Of a stretch of 64,000 nucleotides of DNA, positions 43,861 to 53,387 are shown piece after piece (position 1 is the stretch's first letter; the number at the start of each line of letters is the position of its first letter). The translations under genes and the position numbers were made by a program. The notes below the pieces were generated by a model. It saw only the letters and a program-made list of their open reading frames with translations. It had not been told where the DNA came from and ran no database searches. Source of the stretch: an uncultured Methanosarcinaceae archaeon (GTDB taxonomy: Archaea > Halobacteriota > Methanosarcinia > Methanosarcinales > Methanosarcinaceae); contig CAWJYV010000008.1 in assembly GCA_963847185.1 (NCBI GenBank), forward strand, positions 32,001-96,000. The letters are read 5' to 3'.

Positions 43861-44676
43861 TTATCTATCCCTCCGACATTTTGCTCAATTTAATGCTGTT
43901 TAAGGTCGTTGGTACTTTTATCCGCTCTCCGTCGGCAGATTAATTCTTTTTACTAATGCTATTTTACTAATTAGTCATCCAGATCCATTTCTGGAAAAAT
44001 ATAACATTAGTAAATTCTCTCTGTTTATATGCTAAGAAAAATCTGCCAATGAAAAAGTTTCAAATTTTCCCATCAAATGATATTTATCCATAGAATATAA
44101 TGTATATAGAAATATAGATTAGTAATTCTTAATAAGTAAAAATTAATATTATTCTATAAAACGAATAATTATATGCCAAAAATTAATATTTGATTTTTAA
44201 TTGCCTCGTATATTCCTCAAACTACAACTAAAATCAGTAAAATTCCATAATTTAATATATTTAACGGAAATAATTCTCATTTTAATATGGTTATTCTAAT
44301 TATCTAAAAGCCAGACGAAAACCACAGGTATATTGAGTCATAAAATTATAGCATCAATTGTCATCAATTTCATTCAGGTTCTTCAGTTATTTCTTTTATA
44401 TTACTCATTAAATCAATAACCTCAATTAAGTAACAGCAGCCTGTACTTATATATTCCTTCAATAAAAAAGACAAGGGGCTGATGATAGGCATAAGCGCAT
44501 TTGGAATATTTGCAAGAAACTACAATTCTAAAAATTAAAACCGGATAATCTAATATCCGGTTTACTGGAGGGAAATTGTTTTCATCAGGATTCTATAAAT
44601 CATTGTCAATTCTCAATATGACAACGCCAGCTTTATTTCAGCTTCTGAATCAGTTCATTAAAAATGTAAAATAAGA

Positions 44677-44799
44677 TTCATTCGCCTGTCCACATTGGTA
44701 GTTCCGGCAAGCACCAGAAAAACCTCTCAATACATTTTTGATTTGACAAGGTTAAGAAATTACTGTTTCTACAATCCAACTTGGGACTGGACGAATGAG
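44677..44799 (-). ncRNA. Candidate structured 3' RNA element, copy 2
   Basis: Closing stem TCATTCGTC/GGCGAATGA and hairpin CAGTCC/GGATTG are retained through G-U pairs on the minus strand. Confidence 0.4.
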
Positions 44800-44862
44800 G
44801 AATTCTCGATTGTACATTTTAGAGTTAGTTTAGTATTAATGGTTCAACTTGTCAACGGTTTA

Positions 44863-45213
44863 TTAGAATATATCGTCAAAACCGTCAAAAAAGCCAGCAC
44901 CACCGATACCAAAAGGACTGTTTTGGAGAGCTGCAATCAGAACGTCATTACAGCTAGTTCCACAGCCGCCACAGCCGCCACAGCCGCCGAACCACCCATC
45001 ATTCCAGTCACAGCCACCGCAGCCGCCACAGCCGCCACCACAGCCGCCGAACCACCCATCATTCCAGTCACAGCCGCCACAGCCGCCACCGCAGCCGCCC
45101 CAACCTCTGTTCCAGCCACCTGCGCTTGCTGATGCAGCTGTCAATGACACTACAAAAAAGACTGCCATCAAAATAGCCAACGTCTTTTTTACTTTGTTAA
45201 ATTGTATTTTCAT
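44863..45213 (-). CDS. Secreted small repeat protein B: signal peptide, GGC/DWNDGWF core, conserved C-terminal tail
   Basis: GGAG RBS before ATG45213; signal KKTLAILMAVFFVVSLTAASASA; 60-bp internal repeat. Confidence 0.85.
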   Translation of the reverse strand: MKIQFNKVKKTLAILMAVFFVVSLTAASASAGGWNRGWGGCGGGCGGCDWNDGWFGGCGGGCGGCGGCDWNDGWFGGCGGCGGCGTSCNDVLIAALQNSPFGIGGAGFFDGFDDIF

Positions 45214-45748
45214 CTGTCCACACTCCAAAAATTTTATTAAAAAAGATACAATTTTAAGGCTTTTGATTTTTCAATTTACTCCCATCGTCAAATGCACTGT
45301 CTATATAGTATTTTACCAATTAATCATCCCAGTCTCTTTAGTAAGGTCATATTTCAATATTTATTTATCCCGGGGTTGATCATTGGTTAAATAACTCCTT
45401 TATTCAGTACAAATGGTATTGTGTCGATAGGCGTAATTTCAAATTGTATCATTGGAGTATTATTAATCAAAGAATATAATAGATAGCGAAATATAAATAA
45501 GGAATCCATATTAAATCAATCATTATGTTATTTAGACAAAAATAAATAAAATTAGTAAAATAATACCATTTATCAAAAATCTATCTCCTCAAAATATATA
45601 GTTATTATCTGGATATCGATGGTCTTATCTTTCTAATCAAAAGTAATAGTTATTTAGTCTAAAGTGAATACAATTATCTAAATATATTCTTTCAAACTAA
45701 AATTAGATAAAAAATCACATAGCCAGGTTATGTATTGATATTTTATAT

Positions 45749-46682
45749 ACTATGTTTAAGTAATAATACTGATCATATTTCTTATTAATTTCTAATTTTG
45801 GCGAGAAAAAGACTCAAGATAATTGCTCAAAAGTTAGAGGGAAACTACATTGATTATGGCTGAGATCCTGAAATCTCATCCTGTTAAGTTTTAGTAGATT
45901 TATGCTATTAATAATCTATGTAAAGAATATGTTAAACTCGTGGATTGATTTCAAACTACGGAAATAAGACTGAACTTTGAAATTGACATTGTTCAATATA
46001 GTTTTTAAGAAAAGAACTACAACAGACACGGATCAACACTAATCTATACAGTCTAGATCCATTTGTATTTTCTTTATTTTGTTTTATTGAGGATATGGAA
46101 TCATTCAATAGAAAAGAAAAGTAAAGGGCTGTAAACTGAATTACAAGCTTGCAGCCTTCAATTTAAGCCGAAATCAATAACTTACAATCGTTAAATGTCT
46201 TATCCATGCTTTACAACTATGTTTAAGTAATAATACTGATCATATTTCTTATTAATTTCTAATTTTGGCGAGAAAAAGACTCAAGATAATTGCTCAAAAG
46301 TTAGAGGGAAACTACATTGATTATGGCTGAGATCCTGAAATCTCATCCTGTTAAGTTTTAGTAGATTTATGCTATTAATAATCTATGTAAAGAATATGTT
46401 AAACTCGTGGATTGATTTCAAACTACGGAAATAAGACTGAACTTTGAAATTGACATTGTTCAATATAGTTTTTAAGAAAAGAACTACAACAGACACGGAT
46501 CAACACTAATCTATACAGTCTAGATCCATTTGTATTTTCTTTATTTTGTTTTATTGAGGATATGGAATCATTCAATAGAAAAGAAAAGTAAAGGGCTGTA
46601 AACTGAATTACAAGCTTGCAGCCTTCAATTTAAGCCGAAATCAATAACTTACAATCGTTAAATGTCTTATCCATGCTTTACA
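45749..46682. repeat. Exact 467-bp tandem duplication (45749-46215 and 46216-46682)
   Basis: Both units run ACTATGTTTAAGTAATAATACTG...TTATCCATGCTTTACA; no differences seen by eye. Confidence 0.93.
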
Positions 46683-46704
46683 TGAACACTTTTACGATCA
46701 GTTA

Positions 46705-47874
46705 TTACATATTTTCAGTCATGTTACTTATTTTCCCATTTATTCCGGCCATATTACCCATATTTTCAATTTGAATGGTTTTTTCAGTAATGTTACATGT
46801 GAAAGTTTTAGTCATAACTTGAGTTGTATCATCCATTTTTTGAATTATAAGTATCTTTTTGGTTATATTCTCCATTTCACTCATTTTTTCATCCATTTCA
46901 GCCGTATTATATATTTTTCCATCCATTCCAAACATATTCTCCATTTCTCCAGTCTCTTCACTCATTTTTCCGAGTACAGTCATGTCTTCACTTATTTTGA
47001 CCATTTCCATACTTTCGTCCATTCTGGTGCTGTCCATATCACGGAATATAAGCATAGTTCCAGTCATATCACATGTCATTGGACCAGTCATATTACTCAT
47101 GTTTCCGGCCGTTCCAGTCATATCACTCATATTTCCTGCCGTTTCAGTCATATTAGTCATGTTTCCGGCCATTCCGTGCATCTTACACATATTTCCGATC
47201 ATTTCGGTCATATTACCAATATTTTTGATTACAACCACTTTTCTAGTCATATCACCTGTTACGGTTGCAGTCATATTTCCAGTCATGAGCACACCCATAT
47301 TATCCATATTTTCGCTCATTCCGGTCATATTATTCATATTTCCAGTCATGTTTGCCATGTTTCCGGTCATATTATCCATGTTTCCGGTCATGTCAAGTGT
47401 CACGGTTGCAGTCATATTCCCAGCCATGATTATGGTCACATTGCCCATTTTTTCGGTTAGGTTACCTATATTTCCGTCAATTCCAGGCATTTTCATATGT
47501 TCATCCATTTCGGGCATATTATTCATTTTTCCGACCATAATCACTTTTCCGGGGATATTGTCCATTTTTCCGATAATAACCACTTTTCCGGGCATATTAT
47601 CTAAGCTTTTGATTATAGCTATCTTTCCGGTTACAGTCCCTGTTTTTGGCGTGTTACTCATATTTCCGGTCATATTTTCCATTTTTCCGGCAACGTTCAT
47701 ATTTCCGATTACAGCTGCGTTTCCAGTCATGTTGCATGTAATGGTTTTAGCTATATTTTCTGTCACTATTACATTCATGCTATCCATGTCAGCCGTGTTA
47801 GTCTGTGCTTGCACCGATACAACAGATAAGATCAGGCATATCGCTAACAGAGGAACTATTAGTTTCATTTTCAT
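46705..47874 (-). CDS. Secreted Met/Asn/Thr/Gly-rich low-complexity repeat protein
   Basis: GGGGG RBS, signal peptide ending VQA, recurring MTGNMxN heptads and KxxIIxxMDN units. Confidence 0.85.
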   Translation of the reverse strand: MKMKLIVPLLAICLILSVVSVQAQTNTADMDSMNVIVTENIAKTITCNMTGNAAVIGNMNVAGKMENMTGNMSNTPKTGTVTGKIAIIKSLDNMPGKVVIIGKMDNIPGKVIMVGKMNNMPEMDEHMKMPGIDGNIGNLTEKMGNVTIIMAGNMTATVTLDMTGNMDNMTGNMANMTGNMNNMTGMSENMDNMGVLMTGNMTATVTGDMTRKVVVIKNIGNMTEMIGNMCKMHGMAGNMTNMTETAGNMSDMTGTAGNMSNMTGPMTCDMTGTMLIFRDMDSTRMDESMEMVKISEDMTVLGKMSEETGEMENMFGMDGKIYNTAEMDEKMSEMENITKKILIIQKMDDTTQVMTKTFTCNITEKTIQIENMGNMAGINGKISNMTENM

Positions 47875-48249
47875 TCTTTACCCCCCGTATTTGAGTTCGA
47901 CTATCGAGTCGATTATATATTAATTAAATAAAAAAATAATTTAATATAAAACAATAATAATAAATAGCTGTCTTATAAATAATTAATCTTTGTTAACTAT
48001 GAAGACTAGTCCAGATTTAAAGAGCATGAAGCGTTTTAAAAGTAACTATCAGTTATAGATTTATTCTATTTGATAACAGATGTTGAGTAATATAATCTAA
48101 AAATCGCAGTAATTATTTTATTTGAAAAGTTCTATTTTAATGCTTACCTTGAAACATCTGTAATCCATCTCTCTGCTTCTACATAAACATCGTCTGAAAC
48201 TTCTTTCAAGCTATGACAGTGTTTTGCGTATTTTGATCCTTTTAGGTTC

Positions 48250-48480
48250 GTTTGCAAGATTATGCATATCCTAAGTTGCTTGGAGGTAAGGTTTCGTCTG
48301 CCCTGCAATGGATTGAAATTACTGATATACTTCCAGGAAGGAAAGAGACCGGACTCTATTCCATAGTTTTGAGTGGAGAGTGTAACTGCGGTCTTTAAAC
48401 TTTCTTCATTGAACACCGTCTGAACAACAAATGTACCTCCAAAAGAGTGCCCTATAGACCAAATTTCTTTTTATATTGGG
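48250..48480 (-). pseudogene. Degraded alpha/beta-hydrolase remnant
   Basis: In-frame IGHSFGG nucleophile elbow followed by KTAVTLSTQNYG; no intact N- or C-terminus. Confidence 0.55.
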
Positions 48481-48755
48481 AATATTAGTTTCAGTTTTTC
48501 TACCCCGTTTAGTTTCCTTTATGTCCTGCATAATTTAATCTAAAACTTCTGCATATAGCAGGAGAAATACAATTTATTTATGTCCAAAACCAGATATTAA
48601 GGCTGTATTACCCAGTTACCGTTGGGATATGCCTAGGACAATAATTGAATTAATAAAATTAGAAAATGAGTCAATAAATACAGTTAGAAAGCATAACTTT
48701 AATTAAAAATATGGAGAATAACCCCGACTTTAGTGACAATAATTGGAGTTAGTAT

Positions 48756-49163
48756 ATGGAAGATATTATACAGTTTTTTAAGAAAGATCACTTTGCTACG
48801 AGCTCAGGAATAGAACTGCTAAATGTATCTCCTGGATATGCAAAAACCAGGATGAAAATTGAAGAAAGACACCTTAACGCTTTAAACGCAGTGCAGGGAG
48901 GTGCAATTTTCACCCTTGCAGACTTCGCTTTTGCCGCAGCTTCAAATGCACATGGAAATGCTGCAGTTGGCATCAATGCAAGCATTTCGTTTGTAAAGGC
49001 TGCAATAAAAGGTACTCTCATAGCCGAAGCAAACGAGACATCAATAAATCCTAAAATTGCCACCTATACCGTAAATATCACTGATGACGAAGGAGATCTT
49101 GTGGCAATATTTCAGGGGATGGTCTACAGGAAAAAATTTACAATTGATTTTTCTGATGTTTAA
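48756..49163 (+). CDS. PaaI-family hot-dog thioesterase
   Basis: HLNALNAVQGGAIFTLAD, VGINASISFVK. Confidence 0.9.
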   Translation: MEDIIQFFKKDHFATSSGIELLNVSPGYAKTRMKIEERHLNALNAVQGGAIFTLADFAFAAASNAHGNAAVGINASISFVKAAIKGTLIAEANETSINPKIATYTVNITDDEGDLVAIFQGMVYRKKFTIDFSDV

Positions 49164-49246
49164 TTCAAAAAATGGGAATTTTGCTGAAAATAGTATTAAA
49201 ATAAATACGTTATCTTTTTTTAAATTGAGATTAAAAAAGCTTAGAG

Positions 49247-49318
49247 TGCGACTGCCGGGATTCGAACCCGGGTTCTAAGCTTGGGAAGCTCAGGTCATAG
49301 CCACTAAACCACAGTCGC
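49247..49318 (-). tRNA. tRNA-Gly(CCC)
   Basis: Acceptor GCGACTG/CAGTCGC, anticodon arm TGAGC-TTCCCAA-GCTTA, T arm CCGGG-TTCGAAT-CCCGG; no intron, CCA not encoded. Confidence 0.95.
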
Positions 49319-49531
49319 ATATTGTTATAAAAAGTGCTATGTATTCTTCTCATGCATCTTTTAGATATTAAAGGTTTCGGTAATGAGAAGAGAATGGCTA
49401 TGATAGCTGTTTTAGTTGGAAAAAGAGGAAAGATTCTATCCTTAAAATTTGAGAGTGCAAAGCGATAAAGACCGGATGGGAAAATAATATTGTAAAGGAA
49501 AGTTTTAAAGAGCTTTTCGGGGAGGGGTAAA

Positions 49532-51268
49532 ATGGTTCTATTTATGGAGCTTGCAGAACACTTTCAGGAGCTTGAGAAGATAAGTTCCCACAAGAAAATC
49601 GTCCAAAATATTGCTAGTTTTTTTTAGAAACTTAAAGGAGAGGAAGTAAAGGATAGTGCGTATCTATTTCTAGGAAGCATAGGCCCTGCCTTTGAGAATA
49701 TAACACTTGGAATTGGAGAAAAGCTCGCTTTAAGAGCTATTGCAGATGCATATGGAGTTTCCGAAGAGGAAGTAGAAGAGAAATATGCAATTACAGGAGA
49801 CCTTGGAGACGTTGCATTTGAATTGAATAAGACCCAGGAAAGTTTCCTGACTATTGAAGAGGTTTTCACAAGGCTCAGAGAAATAAAAAAAGTCTCAGGG
49901 AAAGGAAGTCATGAGGAAAAGAACAGACTCCTCTCTGAAATTCTGCAAAAGTCCAGACCTGAAGAAGGGAAATATATAGTTAGGCTTGTTCTCGGGAATC
50001 TTAGACTGGGTTTTGGAGACCAGTTTTTGCTTGAAGCATTTTCTATCGCTTTTACGGGAGATAGAAAACATATTGGAAAAATCAAAGAAAGCTACAGTGT
50101 TTGTACTGACATAGGTGAACTTGCGGAATCTCTTGCCAAATATGGGCCCAGAGCTCTGGGGGATTTTTCTATTAAATTAGGTAGACCTGTCAGGTCAATG
50201 CTTGCCCAGCGCATGGAGCTTTTTGAAGAAGTAGGGAAAAGAATGTCTGGGAAGATAGCAGCCGAAGAAAAGTACGATGGAGAGAGAGTGCAGATCCATA
50301 AAAACGGTAACGAGATTAAAGCCTTCTCTAGAAGACTTGAAGATATAACTGCTCAATATCCTGATATTGTTAAGGCTGTGAGGGAAAATGTCCTTGCAGA
50401 TAAGATTGTCCTTGATGGAGAAATAATTGCTTATATTGAGGACGGAACCAGGGGGACAGAAGAATTTCACTCGTTTCAAAAGCTTATGCAAAGGCGCAGA
50501 AAGTATGAAGTTAAAAAATATATTGAAATGTTTCCTGTAGCTGTATTCTTTTTTGACATTCTCTACCTTGAAGGAAGCCCTCTTCTGAAAGAACCCTATC
50601 AAAAAAGAAGAATGTTTCTTGAAGAGCATATAAAGGAAGCAGGAATAATTCGTCTGGCCAGAAGAATTGTGACCGAAAATCTCGAAGAGATTGAAGACTT
50701 TTTCAATGAAACCCTTGAAAAGGGGCTTGAAGGAATCGTTATTAAATCCACGAGTGATCTTTCTATTTACGAAGCTGGAAAAAGGAGCTGGTTCTGGCTT
50801 AAATGGAAAGAAGAGTACGCAGAGGGAATGAGGGAGACTTTTGACCTTGCCATAGTCGGGAGATATTACGGGCGAGGAAGAAGGAAAGGCTCATTCGGAG
50901 CTCTCCTCTGTGCAGCCCTTAATGAAGACGAACAGCGTTTTGAGACTTTTACAAAAGTAGGGACTGGTTTCACCGATGCGGATGCAAGAGAAATCGATAA
51001 CCTGCTTTCAGGGCATATTATAACTGAAAGCCCGAAAAATGTCCTTATAAAAGGGAAAATGCTTCCTGATACTTTCATAGAGCCAGCTGTGGTTATTGAA
51101 GTTTTTGGTATGGAAATTACAGAAAGTCCAGGGCATACGGCTGGAGAAAGGGAAGGTAAAAAAGGATTAGCCCTCCGTTTTCCCCGTTTTTTACGTATCA
51201 GATATGATAAAGGACCCTATGATGTCACAACGATTAAAGAAATAGAGAATTTGAAAGAAAGATTGTGA
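49532..51268 (+). CDS. lig: ATP-dependent DNA ligase with in-frame TAG at codon 32 (pyrrolysine read-through or nonsense allele)
   Basis: GGAGG RBS, ATG49532; TAG at 49625-49627 in frame with EEKYDGER, EGIVIK, WLKWK and LRFPRF motifs. Confidence 0.88.
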
Positions 51269-51418
51269 GAATATATTTGAAAACGAGAAGAAAGATGATA
51301 AATAGTTCTGAAAAGTCAAGAAAATAGAAATGGGAATGAAAGGGGATTAAAAGAAGTAAGAGAAAATTAAAAGAGGAATAAAAGGGGAGAAATCAACTAA
51401 AGTGGGAAGGGGAAGGCT

Positions 51419-53173
51419 TTGAAAAATCGTGAGGTTGCCGAGTTATTTTATGAAATTGCTGATATTCTTGAATACCAGCAGGTTGAGTGGAAACCAAGGG
51501 CTTACAGAAAAGCAGCCCAGATGATAGAGAATCTTGGAGAAGATATTGAGAAAATTTATGAAAAGGAAGGAAAAAAAGGACTGACTGAAATTCCAGGTGT
51601 TGGGGAATCCATTGCTGATCACATTGCAGAGTATCTGGAAACCGGTAAGGTAGAAAAATTTGAAAAGCTTGAAGAAAAAGCTCCCTCCGGCACTGTGGAG
51701 CTGATGGAAATCAGGGGTCTTGGAGCAAAGAAAATGAAAAAGCTTGCTGATGCTCTTGAGATAAGGACTCTTCAAGATCTCAAAAACGCAGTCAATACTC
51801 ACAAAATCAGAGAACTGGAGGATTTCGGAGAAAAAAGTGAAGAAAACCTCGCAAAGGCAATTGAGCAGTACGAAAAAAGTCATTCTAGAATAAATCTCGG
51901 AAAGGCACTTCCACTTGCAGAAGAGATCATTTCAGCCCTGAAAGCCGAGTGTGAAAACAGGGTATGTAAAACTGACCTCTCGAAGATAATCTATACAGGC
52001 TCACTCCGCAGATTAAAAGAAACAATCGGAGACATCGATATTCTGGCAGAAGCAGAAAAGGAAGACGCATTAAAGGTAATGGACATCTTTACCTCCCTCC
52101 CTGATGTCGAGCAAGTTGTCTTGAAAGGCAGCACAAAAAGCAGTGTTATTTTGAGGGAAGGCACAGCTATTGATCTGAGGGTAGTCCCCCCAGAAAGCTA
52201 TGGAGCAGCACTTCAATACTTTACAGGTTCAAAGGAGCATAATATAGAACTTAGAAATATTGCCATAAGAAAAGGTTACAAGCTTTCCGAATACGGACTT
52301 TATTTAAAAAATTCAGGAAAACAGGTTGCAGGTGATAGCGAAGAGGGGATCTATGAGAAACTGGGTCTCGCATATATCCTGCCAGAACTCAGGGAAAGCA
52401 GAGAAGAAATTAAAGCTGCTGCATCAAATGAACTTCCCAGACTCATAGAACCCGGAGACATCAGGGGAGATCTCCATATGCATACAAATTATAGCGAAGG
52501 GAGAGAAAGTCTCGAAACTATGTTAAGTGTAGCCGAGGCTCTTAACTATGAATATGTTGCTATAACCGACCATTCCCGTTCTCAGAGGGTTGCCGGTGGG
52601 ATGGAAATAGAAAAATTAAAAACTCAATGGAAGGAAATTGATAAACTTTCCAAACTTTTTAAGATAAAAATTCTTAAAGGTTCTGAGGTTGAGATCCTGA
52701 GGGATGGAAGTTTAGATTATCCTGATGAAGTTCTCAAAGAATTCGATATTGTTGTAGGGGCAGTGCACTCCGGCTTTTCAGCCCCTGAAGAACGAACAAC
52801 AGAAAGAATAATTACTGCTCTGGAAAACAGGCATCTTGACATTCTTGCTCATCCCTCAGGCAGGCTGCTCGGAAAAAGAAAAGCTTATGAAGTAGATTTC
52901 GAAGAAGTCTTTGAAGCAGCGGCTGCAAATGGAAAAGTAATTGAGATCAACAGTCAGCCTTCGAGACTTGATCTTAACGATGAGCTTATTCTCAGGGCAA
53001 AAGATTTCGATCTGAAGTTTTGCATCTCCACTGACAGTCATTCTATTTCGGACCTTGCCTCCATGCGATATGGACTTGGGCAGGCTCGGAGGGGCTGGAT
53101 TGAAAAAGAGGATGTTGTGAATACCTATCCTTATCATAGGCTCAACGAATTTTTCAAGAAACTTAAGACCTGA
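51419..53173 (+). CDS. polX: DNA polymerase X / PHP exonuclease
   Basis: AYRKAA, GSLRR..TIGDIDIL, YFTGSKEHN, PHP motifs HMHT, ITDHS and TDSH. Confidence 0.95.
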   Translation: MKNREVAELFYEIADILEYQQVEWKPRAYRKAAQMIENLGEDIEKIYEKEGKKGLTEIPGVGESIADHIAEYLETGKVEKFEKLEEKAPSGTVELMEIRGLGAKKMKKLADALEIRTLQDLKNAVNTHKIRELEDFGEKSEENLAKAIEQYEKSHSRINLGKALPLAEEIISALKAECENRVCKTDLSKIIYTGSLRRLKETIGDIDILAEAEKEDALKVMDIFTSLPDVEQVVLKGSTKSSVILREGTAIDLRVVPPESYGAALQYFTGSKEHNIELRNIAIRKGYKLSEYGLYLKNSGKQVAGDSEEGIYEKLGLAYILPELRESREEIKAAASNELPRLIEPGDIRGDLHMHTNYSEGRESLETMLSVAEALNYEYVAITDHSRSQRVAGGMEIEKLKTQWKEIDKLSKLFKIKILKGSEVEILRDGSLDYPDEVLKEFDIVVGAVHSGFSAPEERTTERIITALENRHLDILAHPSGRLLGKRKAYEVDFEEVFEAAAANGKVIEINSQPSRLDLNDELILRAKDFDLKFCISTDSHSISDLASMRYGLGQARRGWIEKEDVVNTYPYHRLNEFFKKLKT

Positions 53174-53387
53174 TAGAGTAATCTCAAAAACGATAACCTT
53201 TGAAATATCTATCTTTGAACCAATTTTCTTTAAAATAGGTAACTTTAAACAATTTCTAGAGCTGGCTAGCCATTGAAATTACCAGGTTTTTGTGCCCGGT
53301 ATCACAGGTCGGAGAAAAACTAATAAAGGAGTAAAAGTTCAAATTGATGTAAAGCTCATAAACAAAAATCAAATAAAAGGTAATATC

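Noticed and set aside
43339-45132. Plus-strand ORFs 43339-43776 and 44695-45132 with ADTQVI and TAAA repeats
   Set aside because: Antisense shadows of the repeat-peptide genes; the minus-strand frames carry the RBS and signal peptide
46771-47923. His-rich and Ile/Pro-rich plus-strand ORFs
   Set aside because: Reverse complement of ATG-rich codons in the Met-rich gene
39500-49318. Intact provirus or integrative element at tRNA-Gly
   Set aside because: No integrase, replication or virion genes and no duplicated tRNA 3' end found
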